In this document: one piece after another, positions 9,482-19,618 of the stretch
How the letters are laid out: every line of letters starts with the position of its first letter
Numbering within the stretch: position 1 is the first letter of the stretch
Assembly: GCA_965365125.1 (NCBI GenBank)
Contig: CBDUAL010000001.1
Location: 1 to 34,307 of the forward strand
Direction of reading: 5' to 3'
DNA length: 34,307 bases
Origin: an uncultured Lutibacter sp.
GTDB taxonomy: Bacteria; Bacteroidota; Bacteroidia; Flavobacteriales; Flavobacteriaceae
Program-made: the position numbers and the translations under genes
The notes under the pieces: model-generated
What the model was told of the DNA's origin: nothing
What the model saw: the letters and a program-made list of their open reading frames with translations, nothing else
Databases searched by the model: none

Positions 9482-10151
9482 AACAATCAAAATATTATTA
9501 GCCGAAGACGAACCTTCATTAGGTCAAATTATCAAAGAAAGTTTAGAAACTCGAAATTTTGAAGTGCTGCTATGTGCCGATGGTGAAATAGCTTACAAAA
9601 CGTATAAAACTGAAGATCCTCTTTTACTGGTTTTAGATGTAATGATGCCAAAAAAAGATGGTTTTACATTGGCAAAAGAAATTAGAAAAGAAGATCCTGA
9701 AATTCCTATTATATTTTTAACTGCCAAATCTCAAACTGAAGATGTGGTTGAAGGTTTTAATTTAGGAGGAAACGATTACTTGAGAAAACCATTTAGTATG
9801 GAAGAATTAATAGTTCGTATAAACGCACTTTTAAATAGAAATAAAAAAAATATTGCCGAAAATATTCAATTAGGAAATTATACGTTTAACTTAAAAAAGC
9901 AAACTTTACTAATAAATAATATTTCTGAAAATTTAACACACAGAGAGGCAAACTTACTGTATTACTTAATTAAACATAACAATCAGGTTTTAGAAAGATC
10001 ATTCATTTTAAAAAAATTATGGGGCGATGATGATTTCTTTAATGCCAGAAGTATGGATGTATTTATTACAAAACTTCGAAAGAAATTAAAGGAAGACAGC
10101 TCCATACAAATCATCAACGTTCGTGGCTATGGTTATAAGCTCATTTATTAA
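9474..10151 (+). CDS. OmpR/PhoB-family response regulator (RprY-like)
   Basis: AEDE, LDVMMPKKDG, FLTAKS, DYLRKPF; winged helix RSMDVFITKLRKKL...VRGYGY; overlaps the kinase gene by 8 nt. Confidence 0.95.
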   Translation: MNKTIKILLAEDEPSLGQIIKESLETRNFEVLLCADGEIAYKTYKTEDPLLLVLDVMMPKKDGFTLAKEIRKEDPEIPIIFLTAKSQTEDVVEGFNLGGNDYLRKPFSMEELIVRINALLNRNKKNIAENIQLGNYTFNLKKQTLLINNISENLTHREANLLYYLIKHNNQVLERSFILKKLWGDDDFFNARSMDVFITKLRKKLKEDSSIQIINVRGYGYKLIY

Positions 10152-10226
10152 TGCGTTAATATTGTTCTGTTAAATCATAAAAAAATTAATTACATTAGCC
10201 TTTTAATTTTCACACAATAAAGAATT

Positions 10227-10841
10227 ATGCACGTAGCCATTGCTGGAAATATTGGAGCAGGAAAAACCACATTAACAAAACTTTTAGCGAAACATTTTAG
10301 ATGGGAACCACATTATGAATCTGTGGCAGAAAACCCCTATTTAGATGATTTTTATGGCGAAATGGAACGTTGGTCGTTTAATTTACAAGTGTACTTTTTA
10401 AATAGTCGTTTTCGTCAAATTTTGGAGATTAGGGAAAGTGGTAAAAACATTATTCAGGATAGAACTATTTATGAAGATGCCCGAATATTTGCACCTAACC
10501 TGCACGCAATGGGATTAATGACCAATAGAGATTATAACAATTACGACTCTTTATTTGATTTAATGGAACGCTTGGTTTCACCACCAGATTTACTCATTTA
10601 TTTACGCGCATCTATTCCAACTTTGGTAGGGCAAATTCATAAAAGAGGGCGCGATTACGAAAACTCAATCAGCATTGATTATTTAAGTCGTTTAAACGAA
10701 CGCTATGAGGCTTGGATTACAAAATATAACAAAGGAAAATTATTAATTATTGATGTTGATAATTTAGATTTTGTTGACAATCAAGAAGATTTAGGTAGTA
10801 TTATTGATAAAATTGATGCTCAAATAAACGGGTTATTTTAA
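10227..10841 (+). CDS. Deoxynucleoside kinase
   Basis: P-loop AGNIGAGKTT, QDRTIYED, PDLLIYL, lid IHKRGRDYE. Confidence 0.93.
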   Translation: MHVAIAGNIGAGKTTLTKLLAKHFRWEPHYESVAENPYLDDFYGEMERWSFNLQVYFLNSRFRQILEIRESGKNIIQDRTIYEDARIFAPNLHAMGLMTNRDYNNYDSLFDLMERLVSPPDLLIYLRASIPTLVGQIHKRGRDYENSISIDYLSRLNERYEAWITKYNKGKLLIIDVDNLDFVDNQEDLGSIIDKIDAQINGLF

Positions 10842-10857
10842 CTCAAATATAAATCAT

Positions 10858-10887
10858 AAAAAAAGCTCGCCATTGGCGAGCTTTTTT
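10858..10887. terminator. Bidirectional intrinsic terminator between the dNK gene and hppA
   Basis: AAAAAAGCTCGCCA-T-TGGCGAGCTTTTTT. Confidence 0.9.
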
Positions 10888-10904
10888 ATTGAATAAAAAA
10901 TAAT

Positions 10905-13322
10905 TTATTTTCTCTTTTCTACTTCTTTAATTATTTTTTCAACTTTCTTCACCTTAACATCTGCATCTTCTAAAGCATCTATTTTTGATTTCACCTCTTC
11001 TTCGGTACCTTCAAAAACTATTTCAACAACAACTTCTTCTTCATTTTCTATAGTAGTTGTAGTTACCGTAGCTTTTACAGTTCCGTCATCATTTTTTTCC
11101 ATTGTCACCAACACCTCTTTCTTAACTACTTTAACTACTACTTCCGTTTGAGCTTTATCATCTGCATATTTTGCTACATCAACAGCGTCTAAAGCAATAC
11201 TTGGCGCAATTACCAATGCAACAACAGACATTAATTTCAATAAAATATTTAAAGAAGGTCCTGAAGTATCTTTAAATGGATCTCCAACTGTATCACCAAC
11301 TACTGAAGCTTTATGCGCCTCAGATCCTTTTCTTCCGTGCTCTTCAATTGTTTTTTTAGCATTATCCCAGGCTCCACCAGCATTTGACTGAAAAATAGCC
11401 ATTAATACACCACAAGTTGTTACACCTGCCAACAAACCTCCAAGCATCTGTGGACCACCAATAAACCCAACCAAAACAGGAACTATTAAAGCTAATAAAC
11501 CAGGTAAAACCATTTCTCTAATAGAAGCCTCTGTAGAAATTTCTACACATTTTTCATATTCAACATATCCATCTGCACCATCAAAAATAGCGCGTTCTTC
11601 TTTTGAAAATTTTGTTGTATCTGAATCGTGTCTTCTCATTACCTCTAAAGCGGCATGTAATTGCGGTATTTCTCTAAATTGACGGCGAACCTCTTCAATC
11701 ATAGTCATTGCAGCACGTCCAACAGCTTTCATAGCCAAAGCTGAAAACACAAATGGCAACATTCCACCAACTAATAGACCCGCCATAATATCAGGCTTAG
11801 ACACATCAATTGATGTTACGTTTGCAGTTTCCATAAAGGCGGCAAATAAAGCCAATGCAGTTAATGCAGCAGAAGCAATTGCAAACCCTTTACCAATGGC
11901 AGCGGTTGTATTTCCAACAGCATCTAATTCATCAGTACGTTTACGTACTTCTTTTGGCAATTCAGCCATTTCAGCAATTCCACCTGCATTATCAGAAATT
12001 GGTCCATAAGCATCTACTGCTAATTGAATTCCTGTATTTGCTAACATTCCTACAGCTGCTATTGCAATACCGTATAAACCTGCAAAATAGTGAGAGAACA
12101 TGATTGCTCCAGCAATAAATAATATTGGAAACATTGTAGACATCATTCCTACACCTAAACCTGCAATAATATTAGTTGCAGCACCCGTTTCAGATTGCTT
12201 TACAATAGAAGCTACTGGAATGGTTCCAGTTCCTGTATAAAATTCTGTTACTTTACCAACACCAAAACCAGCAACTAAACCTGCCAGTGTAGCATAAAAC
12301 ACACCCATTGCATTATATTGCACTCCATTTATTACCCATTCAGCTGGTAATAAACCAGACTTTACAATAATGAAAAATGAAGCAATAACCATTAAGATTC
12401 CTGATCCAAATTCACCAAAATTCAAAGCCTTATGCGGGCTACCACCTTCTTTAACTCTTACAAAAAATGTACCAACAATTGACAATACAATTCCTACAGC
12501 TGCTAAAACCAACGGTAAATAAACCGCTCCTAAGCCTCCAAAATCAGGAGTTATAATTAGAGCTCCTAAAACCATTGTACCTATAATAGAACCTACATAC
12601 GATTCAAATAAATCGGCTCCCATACCTGCTACATCCCCTACATTATCACCTACATTATCTGCAATAGTTGCTGGGTTTAATGGGTGATCTTCAGGAATAC
12701 CTGCTTCAACCTTACCAACTAAATCAGCACCAACATCGGCTGCTTTGGTATAAATACCACCACCAACACGTGCAAATAAAGCTATTGATGAGGCTCCTAA
12801 TGAAAAACCTGAAAGTACATTTAATACCATTGGTATATTATCAGTTCCAGGCCACATCCATTGATATAAAATAAACAAAGAACTTAATCCTAGTACTCCA
12901 AGACCAACAACTCCTAACCCCATTACAGATCCACCTGCGAAAGCAACTTCTAAGGCTTTCCCTAAAGAAGTTCTTGCTGCTTGTGTAGTTCTAACATTTG
13001 CTTTGGTAGCTGCTTTCATTCCAATAAATCCAGCTAAAGCTGAACAAATTGCACCTACAATAAATGAAACTGCTATCATTCCGTTAGAATCAACATCATA
13101 AGTTCCTTTAAAGTATAATAAAATAGCAACTCCTAATACAAATATTAGTAATATTTTGTATTCAGCTTTTAAAAACGACATGGCGCCATCGGCAATGTGC
13201 TTGGCAATTTTAGTCATTTTTTCAGTTCCGCTATCTTGTTTTGACACCCAAGCGTTTTTTACAATTACAAACGCAAGTGCTAGTACCCCGAACAGGGGTA
13301 AATAATTTACAATAATCTCCAT
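10905..13322 (-). CDS. hppA: Membrane-bound ion-translocating pyrophosphatase, K+-dependent, probably Na+-translocating
   Basis: [35 protein letters not shown] (Ala form = K+-dependent), [21 protein letters not shown]. Confidence 0.95.
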   Translation of the reverse strand: MEIIVNYLPLFGVLALAFVIVKNAWVSKQDSGTEKMTKIAKHIADGAMSFLKAEYKILLIFVLGVAILLYFKGTYDVDSNGMIAVSFIVGAICSALAGFIGMKAATKANVRTTQAARTSLGKALEVAFAGGSVMGLGVVGLGVLGLSSLFILYQWMWPGTDNIPMVLNVLSGFSLGASSIALFARVGGGIYTKAADVGADLVGKVEAGIPEDHPLNPATIADNVGDNVGDVAGMGADLFESYVGSIIGTMVLGALIITPDFGGLGAVYLPLVLAAVGIVLSIVGTFFVRVKEGGSPHKALNFGEFGSGILMVIASFFIIVKSGLLPAEWVINGVQYNAMGVFYATLAGLVAGFGVGKVTEFYTGTGTIPVASIVKQSETGAATNIIAGLGVGMMSTMFPILFIAGAIMFSHYFAGLYGIAIAAVGMLANTGIQLAVDAYGPISDNAGGIAEMAELPKEVRKRTDELDAVGNTTAAIGKGFAIASAALTALALFAAFMETANVTSIDVSKPDIMAGLLVGGMLPFVFSALAMKAVGRAAMTMIEEVRRQFREIPQLHAALEVMRRHDSDTTKFSKEERAIFDGADGYVEYEKCVEISTEASIREMVLPGLLALIVPVLVGFIGGPQMLGGLLAGVTTCGVLMAIFQSNAGGAWDNAKKTIEEHGRKGSEAHKASVVGDTVGDPFKDTSGPSLNILLKLMSVVALVIAPSIALDAVDVAKYADDKAQTEVVVKVVKKEVLVTMEKNDDGTVKATVTTTTIENEEEVVVEIVFEGTEEEVKSKIDALEDADVKVKKVEKIIKEVEKRK

Positions 13323-13381
13323 TTTAAAATTTATTATTTAATTAATATTTGGTCTTGCGAATTTAGTAAAATAAGATAAAT

Positions 13382-13421
13382 AAAAAAGACCACTTTATAA
13401 ATTAATATAAGGTGGTCTTTT
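13382..13421 (-). terminator. Intrinsic terminator after ppa
   Basis: AAAAGACCACTTTATA / TATAAGGTGGTCTTTT hairpin; the plus-strand A-run is the U-tail on the minus strand. Confidence 0.75.
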
Positions 13422-13442
13422 ATTTGGAATCAATATAACTAA

Positions 13443-13976
13443 CTATATCGTAAAAGTTCTTTTCTTTTTGTGTTCACTATTTTCATAGCGCGCTACACAT
13501 TCATGGTATATTTTTATTGCAGCTTCAGCATTTCCCCAACCGCCAGTATCTACTTTTTTCTTCTCTAAATCTTTATAAACTTGAAAAAAGTGCTCTATTT
13601 CCATTAATCTATGTGGGTTTAAATCAGCAATATCAGCCCTTTGGCTCCAAATTGGATCTGAAACAGGAACACAAATAATTTTTTCATCAGGTCCTTTTTC
13701 ATCGGTCATATAAAAAACTCCGATAGGTCTAACTTCCATTACCACCATTGGGTAAGTAGGTTGATGACCTAGCACTAATACATCTAGTGGATCTTGATCT
13801 AAAGCCAATGTTTCAGGAATAAACCCATAATCTCCAGGATACATCATAGATGAAAACAGCATTCTATCGAATCTAATTTTATGTAAAGTAAAATCATATT
13901 CATATTTATTTCTACTACCTTTTGGTATCTCAATTAACACATCAAATGTTATAGGTTTCTTTGTTTTAGCGCTCAT
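13443..13976 (-). CDS. ppa: Soluble inorganic pyrophosphatase, family I
   Basis: IEIPKGSRNKYEYD, YPGDYGFIPETL, DQDPLDVL, DEKGPDEK, HFFQVYKDLE. Confidence 0.96.
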   Translation of the reverse strand: MSAKTKKPITFDVLIEIPKGSRNKYEYDFTLHKIRFDRMLFSSMMYPGDYGFIPETLALDQDPLDVLVLGHQPTYPMVVMEVRPIGVFYMTDEKGPDEKIICVPVSDPIWSQRADIADLNPHRLMEIEHFFQVYKDLEKKKVDTGGWGNAEAAIKIYHECVARYENSEHKKKRTFTI

Positions 13977-14046
13977 TTTTTAGTTTTTTTTAATTTTTTC
14001 AAAAATACAAAATTCAAAACGGAATAGCTAAAATGACATCTAAATT

Positions 14047-16533
14047 TTAGAAATGGATTCCTACAGCTGCTTTTATTACAAAATTATTTGTTTCAGGGAT
14101 ATTTCGGTAACTACCTCTCCAACTGAAATCTATACGAAGTACTTTAAAAATATTACCAACACCAACACTATATTCAAAATAACCCTTTTCTGGCGCAATG
14201 TATGCTATGTTTGAAGCATTTAAAGCAACGTTTTCATCTGATATTGAGCCCCAAACAGCTTTTACCCCAACTAATTCTCGCCAATTTAATTTTCTAAGAA
14301 AAGGAACTCTTGAAAAAAACCGTCCGTTAAAATTATGATCTATATGTATTGAGGCGTACGTATCTGTTATAAATTCATAATAATTTAATAATGAATAGGT
14401 GTTTTCAATGGTAAAATAAGATTGGTTACCAGGCACAACACTTAACAACCCTAACGGAACTTCACCAAAAGTTTTCCCAACTTCAAAAGTGGTAAACATT
14501 CTTCCAAATCCACCTATTAATATTGGTTGGCGGTAATATGCCTGAATTTTTTGATAATCAAAATCACTATCAAACACGCCTTTGATTCCTTGAGAAAAAC
14601 TAAAAAACAACGTTGTGTAGACACTTGAAACTTCATTTCGTTCAACACCCCAGCCTATTGTTTTTCTATTTGGGGTATACTTTACAGAGAAATCAACTTC
14701 TGATTGCACCGTTCTGTAGTTCTTTATCGCATTATCTTTATCAACCCACCAATCTAAATTAAAGGTTGAAGGTGAAGCAGATTTTAAGGTTCTATAAGAA
14801 GCTCCTACCTTAAACTCAAGATTTTTTTTAGGCTCAATAGACAGATATAAATTACTAAGATTTATAGATGTAAGTTTACTATTATCTCCACTTGAGAAAA
14901 ATGCCGAAGAAGCAAAACTTCTACCTAAAATATCATTAGTTGTTGTTAAACTAACTCCAATTTGTTCTACATCGCGCCTATTTCCACCGCCAATAGTAAA
15001 CCTGCTTTTAGGGTTTAACATCCATTTTCCTTGTGCGCCGTATTTAAACTGATTATCTCTAAAACCATACGCTAAATAGGTTTGCAATCTCCATTTATCA
15101 TTTGGTCCAAAATAGGTTCTTCCACCAACTCTTAAACGAATCCCTTCAACATCATTTGTTCCTATTGATGAAAAAATAGGTCCATAATCAAAATTATTTA
15201 ACTCTATATACCCTGACCCTAGAATAGACATTAAGTCGTACATTCGTTTAAATTTAGGAACCGTTTTTAGGGTATCAATCATTTTATAAATACCCAACTC
15301 ATTTTCACTTAGTTTTTCTTGCCTGCTTTTATTCCAAAAATCAGCCCCTTTATTGTATATTTCTTCATTATAGGCATCTATTTTTACACTGTAAAATTTA
15401 TCTGTTTTTTGTTCATCAAAAACATAATCTTTATACATTGTTGTTCGTTTCCCATAAATACCTTTGGCTTTGTCTTTTTTCTTTAAACTGAAGTCAGACA
15501 TCATATAATCCTTCTTCAATAAGAAGATAGAGTCATTCAACACATTAAACTCTTGCTCTATATAAATATCTTTTACCCAGTTAATATTGGCACTTTTAGT
15601 AGCCTGCATATTAATTTCTTTTACTGCAAAAGTGGTGTCATTTACCCAAAAATCACCTTTAAAAGTAAGTTCACTTTTTCGGCGCGGATAATACAATATA
15701 TTATAACACCATTTATTGTCAATATAAGCACTATCGGTTAACACATAATTGTATGATGACACTCCGGCTCTTGAAACAGGACTTACAAAACTTTTGTCGA
15801 AAATTTTAATGTAGTTACTATAAATATCATACTCTACGTATAAATCTTTTATAAAAGCTATTACGTTTTGATTGCTACTAAAACCTGAATTTTTGTTAGC
15901 TTCAATATCTTCTCTAACCTTATTTTTAGTGTTGTCTCCGTAGGTTTTATAAACTGATTCATTGATAAAAATTGGTAAAAAAGCTTTTCCGGTAACCCTT
16001 GAAGTATCAATTCCTTCAAAAATAAATTCAATATTATTGAACAGCTTACTTTCAATTAAAGTGCTATCAACATTATTGATATCAAACTCTAATTTTTCGT
16101 ATTTTTCATATTGATATTGATCAAATAAGTAAATACCATTCTGACGTTTTTTTTCCCAAACCTTTTTTAAAATTGCAATGGCCGGATTTCCTTTTTTCTT
16201 TACTTTTCCACTATAAATAAAAACTTCATTTAATTGTGAGGCAGCTTCTTTTAAGGTAATTACTATATTAAAATCACGACTTTTTATTGGGGTAATTTTG
16301 GTTTCATAACCTAAAAATGAAACCTCTATTTTTGAATATGTAGCATCTGATTCTAAATAAAATTTTCCATTTTCATCTGAAACAGTCCCAGTATTAGAGC
16401 CTACAAATAAAATATTTGCAAAAGGAATTGAGTTATTTTGTTCGTCTTTTACTGTTCCGCTAATTTTCACTTGCGAGAACGAAACTGAAAAAATCAGCAA
16501 AAACAATATGTTTAAAACAACATTTTTTTTCAT
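14047..16533 (-). CDS. DUF5686-type outer-membrane protein with carboxypeptidase-regulatory-like N-terminal domain
   Basis: Signal peptide; ISGTVKD...GTVSDENGKF...SFLGY; YEKLEFD, FVSPV, FKGDFWVNDTTFA; GVGNIFKVLRID; C-terminal Phe. Confidence 0.8.
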   Translation of the reverse strand: MKKNVVLNILFLLIFSVSFSQVKISGTVKDEQNNSIPFANILFVGSNTGTVSDENGKFYLESDATYSKIEVSFLGYETKITPIKSRDFNIVITLKEAASQLNEVFIYSGKVKKKGNPAIAILKKVWEKKRQNGIYLFDQYQYEKYEKLEFDINNVDSTLIESKLFNNIEFIFEGIDTSRVTGKAFLPIFINESVYKTYGDNTKNKVREDIEANKNSGFSSNQNVIAFIKDLYVEYDIYSNYIKIFDKSFVSPVSRAGVSSYNYVLTDSAYIDNKWCYNILYYPRRKSELTFKGDFWVNDTTFAVKEINMQATKSANINWVKDIYIEQEFNVLNDSIFLLKKDYMMSDFSLKKKDKAKGIYGKRTTMYKDYVFDEQKTDKFYSVKIDAYNEEIYNKGADFWNKSRQEKLSENELGIYKMIDTLKTVPKFKRMYDLMSILGSGYIELNNFDYGPIFSSIGTNDVEGIRLRVGGRTYFGPNDKWRLQTYLAYGFRDNQFKYGAQGKWMLNPKSRFTIGGGNRRDVEQIGVSLTTTNDILGRSFASSAFFSSGDNSKLTSINLSNLYLSIEPKKNLEFKVGASYRTLKSASPSTFNLDWWVDKDNAIKNYRTVQSEVDFSVKYTPNRKTIGWGVERNEVSSVYTTLFFSFSQGIKGVFDSDFDYQKIQAYYRQPILIGGFGRMFTTFEVGKTFGEVPLGLLSVVPGNQSYFTIENTYSLLNYYEFITDTYASIHIDHNFNGRFFSRVPFLRKLNWRELVGVKAVWGSISDENVALNASNIAYIAPEKGYFEYSVGVGNIFKVLRIDFSWRGSYRNIPETNNFVIKAAVGIHF

Positions 16534-16540
16534 AATATAG

Positions 16541-16575
16541 AAAAATTCCTTTCAAGTTAAACTCGAAAGGAATTT
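16541..16575 (-). terminator. Terminator-like hairpin after pdhB
   Basis: AAATTCCTTTC / GAAAGGAATTT inverted repeat with a minus-strand T-run. Confidence 0.6.
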
Positions 16576-16596
16576 ATAACGCAAATTTAGCGTAAA

Positions 16597-17577
16597 TTAT
16601 TTTATGTACATTACATCTTTTACCGCCTTAACAACATCGTTAAAGTTAGGTAACCATTCTTCAAGTAATACTGGAGAATATGGTGCTGGAGTATCAGCTG
16701 TAGTAATTCTTCTTATTGGAGCATCCAAATAATCAAATATATTTTCTTGAACTTGGAATGTAATTTCAGAAGAAATACTAGCAAATGGCCAAGCTTCTTC
16801 TAAAATAACCAACCTGTTTGTTTTTTTAACAGAAGTAAAAATAGCTTCCCAATCCATTGGTCTTACTGTTCTCATATCTAAAATTTCACAAGAGATCCCT
16901 TCTTTTTCTAAAACATCAGCAGCTTTATAAGCTTCTTTAATAATTTTACCAAAAGAAACTATGGTAACATCGGTACCTTCTCTTTTAATGTCAGCAACTC
17001 CAATAGGAATCAAATATTCCCCTTCTGGAACTTCCATTTTATCACCATACATTTGTTCAGATTCCATAAAAATTACGGGATCATCATCTCTAATTGCAGC
17101 TTTTAACAACCCTTTTGCATCATAAGGATTTGAAGGAATAACAACTTTTAATCCTGGAGTATTTGCAAACCAGTTTTCAAATGCTTGTGAATGCGTAGCT
17201 CCTAATTGCCCTGCAGATCCTGTTGGACCTCTAAAAACAATTGGGCAATTTAATTGTCCACCAGACATTTGTCTGATTTTTGCTGCATTATTTATAATTT
17301 GATCAATACCAACTAAAGCAAAATTAAATGTCATAAACTCAACAATTGGTCTATTACCATTCATAGCAGCCCCTACAGCAATACCTGTAAAACCTAATTC
17401 AGCAATAGGAGAATCAATAACTCTCTTTTCACCAAACTCATCTAACATTCCTTTTGAAGCTTTATAAGCACCATTATATTCAGCAACCTCTTCACCTATT
17501 AAGAAAATAGATTCATCACGGCGCATTTCTTCGCTCATTGCTTCGCAAATAGCTTCTCTAAATTGTATTGTCTTCAT
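16597..17577 (-). CDS. pdhB: Pyruvate dehydrogenase E1 beta subunit
   Basis: MKTIQFREAICEAMSEEMRRD, GEEVAEYNGAYK, DSPIAELGF, VFRGP, ATHSQ. Start set at 17577 rather than 17628 because a TATTTTTG promoter box lies at 17598-17605. Confidence 0.95.
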   Translation of the reverse strand: MKTIQFREAICEAMSEEMRRDESIFLIGEEVAEYNGAYKASKGMLDEFGEKRVIDSPIAELGFTGIAVGAAMNGNRPIVEFMTFNFALVGIDQIINNAAKIRQMSGGQLNCPIVFRGPTGSAGQLGATHSQAFENWFANTPGLKVVIPSNPYDAKGLLKAAIRDDDPVIFMESEQMYGDKMEVPEGEYLIPIGVADIKREGTDVTIVSFGKIIKEAYKAADVLEKEGISCEILDMRTVRPMDWEAIFTSVKKTNRLVILEEAWPFASISSEITFQVQENIFDYLDAPIRRITTADTPAPYSPVLLEEWLPNFNDVVKAVKDVMYIK

Positions 17578-17651
17578 TTTGTGTTTTTTTCGAATTGCAA
17601 AAATAAGCATTTCTATTTTTACTATCAAAAAAATTATGATTTATAAAATTT

Positions 17652-17669
17652 TACTATGCACGCATAGTA
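17652..17669. promoter_or_regulatory. Palindromic operator TACTATGC-AC-GCATAGTA between divergent pdhB and etfBA
   Basis: Perfect 8-bp arms, 2-bp spacer, no U-tail, in an otherwise very AT-rich spacer. Confidence 0.65.
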
Positions 17670-17751
17670 CTTTTAAAAAAAAGTAGTACATTCGTAAAAA
17701 TGTAATGGTTTTCCCATTAATTTTATAGTTTAATACTAAAAATCTATTAAA

Positions 17752-18498
17752 ATGAAAATATTGGTTTGTATAAGTCATGTACCTGACACAACTTCAAAAA
17801 TAAATTTTACAGAAAACGATACAAAATTCGATAATAATGGCGTACAATTTGTCATAAATCCGTACGATGAATTTGCCCTAACACGCGCCATGTGGTTTAA
17901 AGAAAAACAAGGCGCAACCATTACAGTTGTTACCGTTGGAAATGCCTCTACCGAACCAACTTTACGAAAAGCATTGGCGATAGGTGCTGATGCTGCAATT
18001 AGAGTAAATACTGAAGCTGTTGACGGGTTACAAGTTGCAAAAGAATTAGCCGAAATTGTTAAAAATGAAGGTTTTAATTTAGTGCTGGCAGGGAAAGAAT
18101 CTATTGATTACAATGGAGGAATGGTTCCTGGAATGCTTGCTACTTTAGTAGATTATAATTTTATTAATGCTTGTATTGGATTAGAAATTGAAGATGAAAA
18201 AGCAACTATTTCTCGTGAAATAGACGGCGGAAAAGAAATTTTATCGGCAAATTTACCTTTGGTTATTGCCGGACAAAAAGGACTCGTTGAAGAAAAAGAT
18301 TTACGCATTCCAAACATGCGTGGAATTATGATGGCACGTAAAAAACCATTAAGCATTTTAGAGCCAATTTCAACTGAAACTACTACAACAACAGCTTCTT
18401 TTGAAAAACCAACAGCCAAATCGGCTTGTAAAATAGTAAGTGCCGAAAATATAGGAGAACTTGTAGATTTATTACACAACGAAGCCAAAGTAATTTAA
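17752..18498 (+). CDS. etfB: Electron transfer flavoprotein beta subunit
   Basis: MKILVCISHVPDT, INPYDEFAL, ALAIGAD, AGKESIDY, REIDGG. Confidence 0.95.
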   Translation: MKILVCISHVPDTTSKINFTENDTKFDNNGVQFVINPYDEFALTRAMWFKEKQGATITVVTVGNASTEPTLRKALAIGADAAIRVNTEAVDGLQVAKELAEIVKNEGFNLVLAGKESIDYNGGMVPGMLATLVDYNFINACIGLEIEDEKATISREIDGGKEILSANLPLVIAGQKGLVEEKDLRIPNMRGIMMARKKPLSILEPISTETTTTTASFEKPTAKSACKIVSAENIGELVDLLHNEAKVI

Positions 18499-18561
18499 TA
18501 ATTTCTGTTGAATTGATAATGATTAAGATTTATCAGTTAAACGAATAAAAAAATAAAAAAT

Positions 18562-19524
18562 ATGTCAGTTTTAATTTTAGCAGAAACATTAGAAGGAAAA
18601 TTTAAAAAATCAACCTATGAAGCTACTTCCTACGGAAAAAAGGTTGCCGAATTATTAGGTACAACCACCGTAGTATTAGCCATAAACGCTACAAAACCAT
18701 CTGAATTATACACTTATGGTGCTGAAAAAGTATTAAATATTTCAAACGAAAGTTTAAACACATTTAATGCAAAAGTGTATGCTAACATTATTCAACAAGC
18801 AGTTGAAAAAGAAAGCGCACAAGTTGTAATTATAGACTCAAGTGCAAACGGCTTGTATGTTGCGCCAATGGTTGCAGTAAATTTAAATGCAGGTTATGCA
18901 AGTAATGTAGTTGCAATTCCTAGCAATACAACACCTTTTATTGTAAAAAGAAAGGCTTTTTCAAGTAAAGGATTTAACAATACTGAAATTAACACAACTG
19001 TTAAAGTGATTGGCCTGTCTAAAAACTCGTTTGGTATAATTGAAAACAAAGTTGCAGGTACTACCGAAGATTTTTCACCATCTGTAATTGAAACAACAAT
19101 CGTTTCAGAAAAAATAGAACAAACAACAGGTACGGTAACAATTGCTGATGCAGACATTGTTGTTTCAGGAGGAAGAGGCTTAAAAGGTCCTGAAAACTGG
19201 GGAATGGTAGAAGAGTTAGCTCAAATATTAGGTGCAGCAACTGCTTGCTCTAAACCAGTATCAGACTTAGGATGGAGACCTCACAGTGAGCACGTTGGAC
19301 AAACAGGAAAACCAGTAGCTTCTAATTTATATATTGCCATTGGAATTTCAGGAGCCATTCAACATTTGGCTGGAATTAACTCCTCAAAAGTGAAGGTAGT
19401 TATCAATACTGATGCGGAAGCTCCTTTCTTTAAAGCGGCTGATTATGGCATTGTTGGAGATGCTTTTGAAGTTGTTCCAAAATTAATTGAAAAGTTGAAA
19501 GAATTTAAAACAAATAACGTATAA
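18562..19524 (+). CDS. etfA: Electron transfer flavoprotein alpha subunit
   Basis: IVVSGGRG, HVGQTGK, LYIAIGISGAIQHLAG, INTDAEAPFFKAADYGIVGD. Confidence 0.96.
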   Translation: MSVLILAETLEGKFKKSTYEATSYGKKVAELLGTTTVVLAINATKPSELYTYGAEKVLNISNESLNTFNAKVYANIIQQAVEKESAQVVIIDSSANGLYVAPMVAVNLNAGYASNVVAIPSNTTPFIVKRKAFSSKGFNNTEINTTVKVIGLSKNSFGIIENKVAGTTEDFSPSVIETTIVSEKIEQTTGTVTIADADIVVSGGRGLKGPENWGMVEELAQILGAATACSKPVSDLGWRPHSEHVGQTGKPVASNLYIAIGISGAIQHLAGINSSKVKVVINTDAEAPFFKAADYGIVGDAFEVVPKLIEKLKEFKTNNV

Positions 19525-19545
19525 TTTTAGTAAATTGTGCCTCTT

Positions 19546-19604
19546 AAAAAAAGGCTATCTAATTAAATTGGATAATGGAATCCTTTGATTAGATAGCTTT
19601 TTTT
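19546..19604 (+). terminator. Long terminator hairpin after etfA
   Basis: AAGGCTATCTAATTAAA / TTTGATTAGATAGCTTT followed by a T-run. Confidence 0.75.
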
Positions 19605-19618
19605 ATTAAATTTAACTT

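Noticed and set aside
17578-17628. 17-aa N-terminal extension of PdhB in the ORF track
   Set aside because: It overlaps the TATTTTTG promoter box; the family-typical start is MKTIQFREA at 17577.
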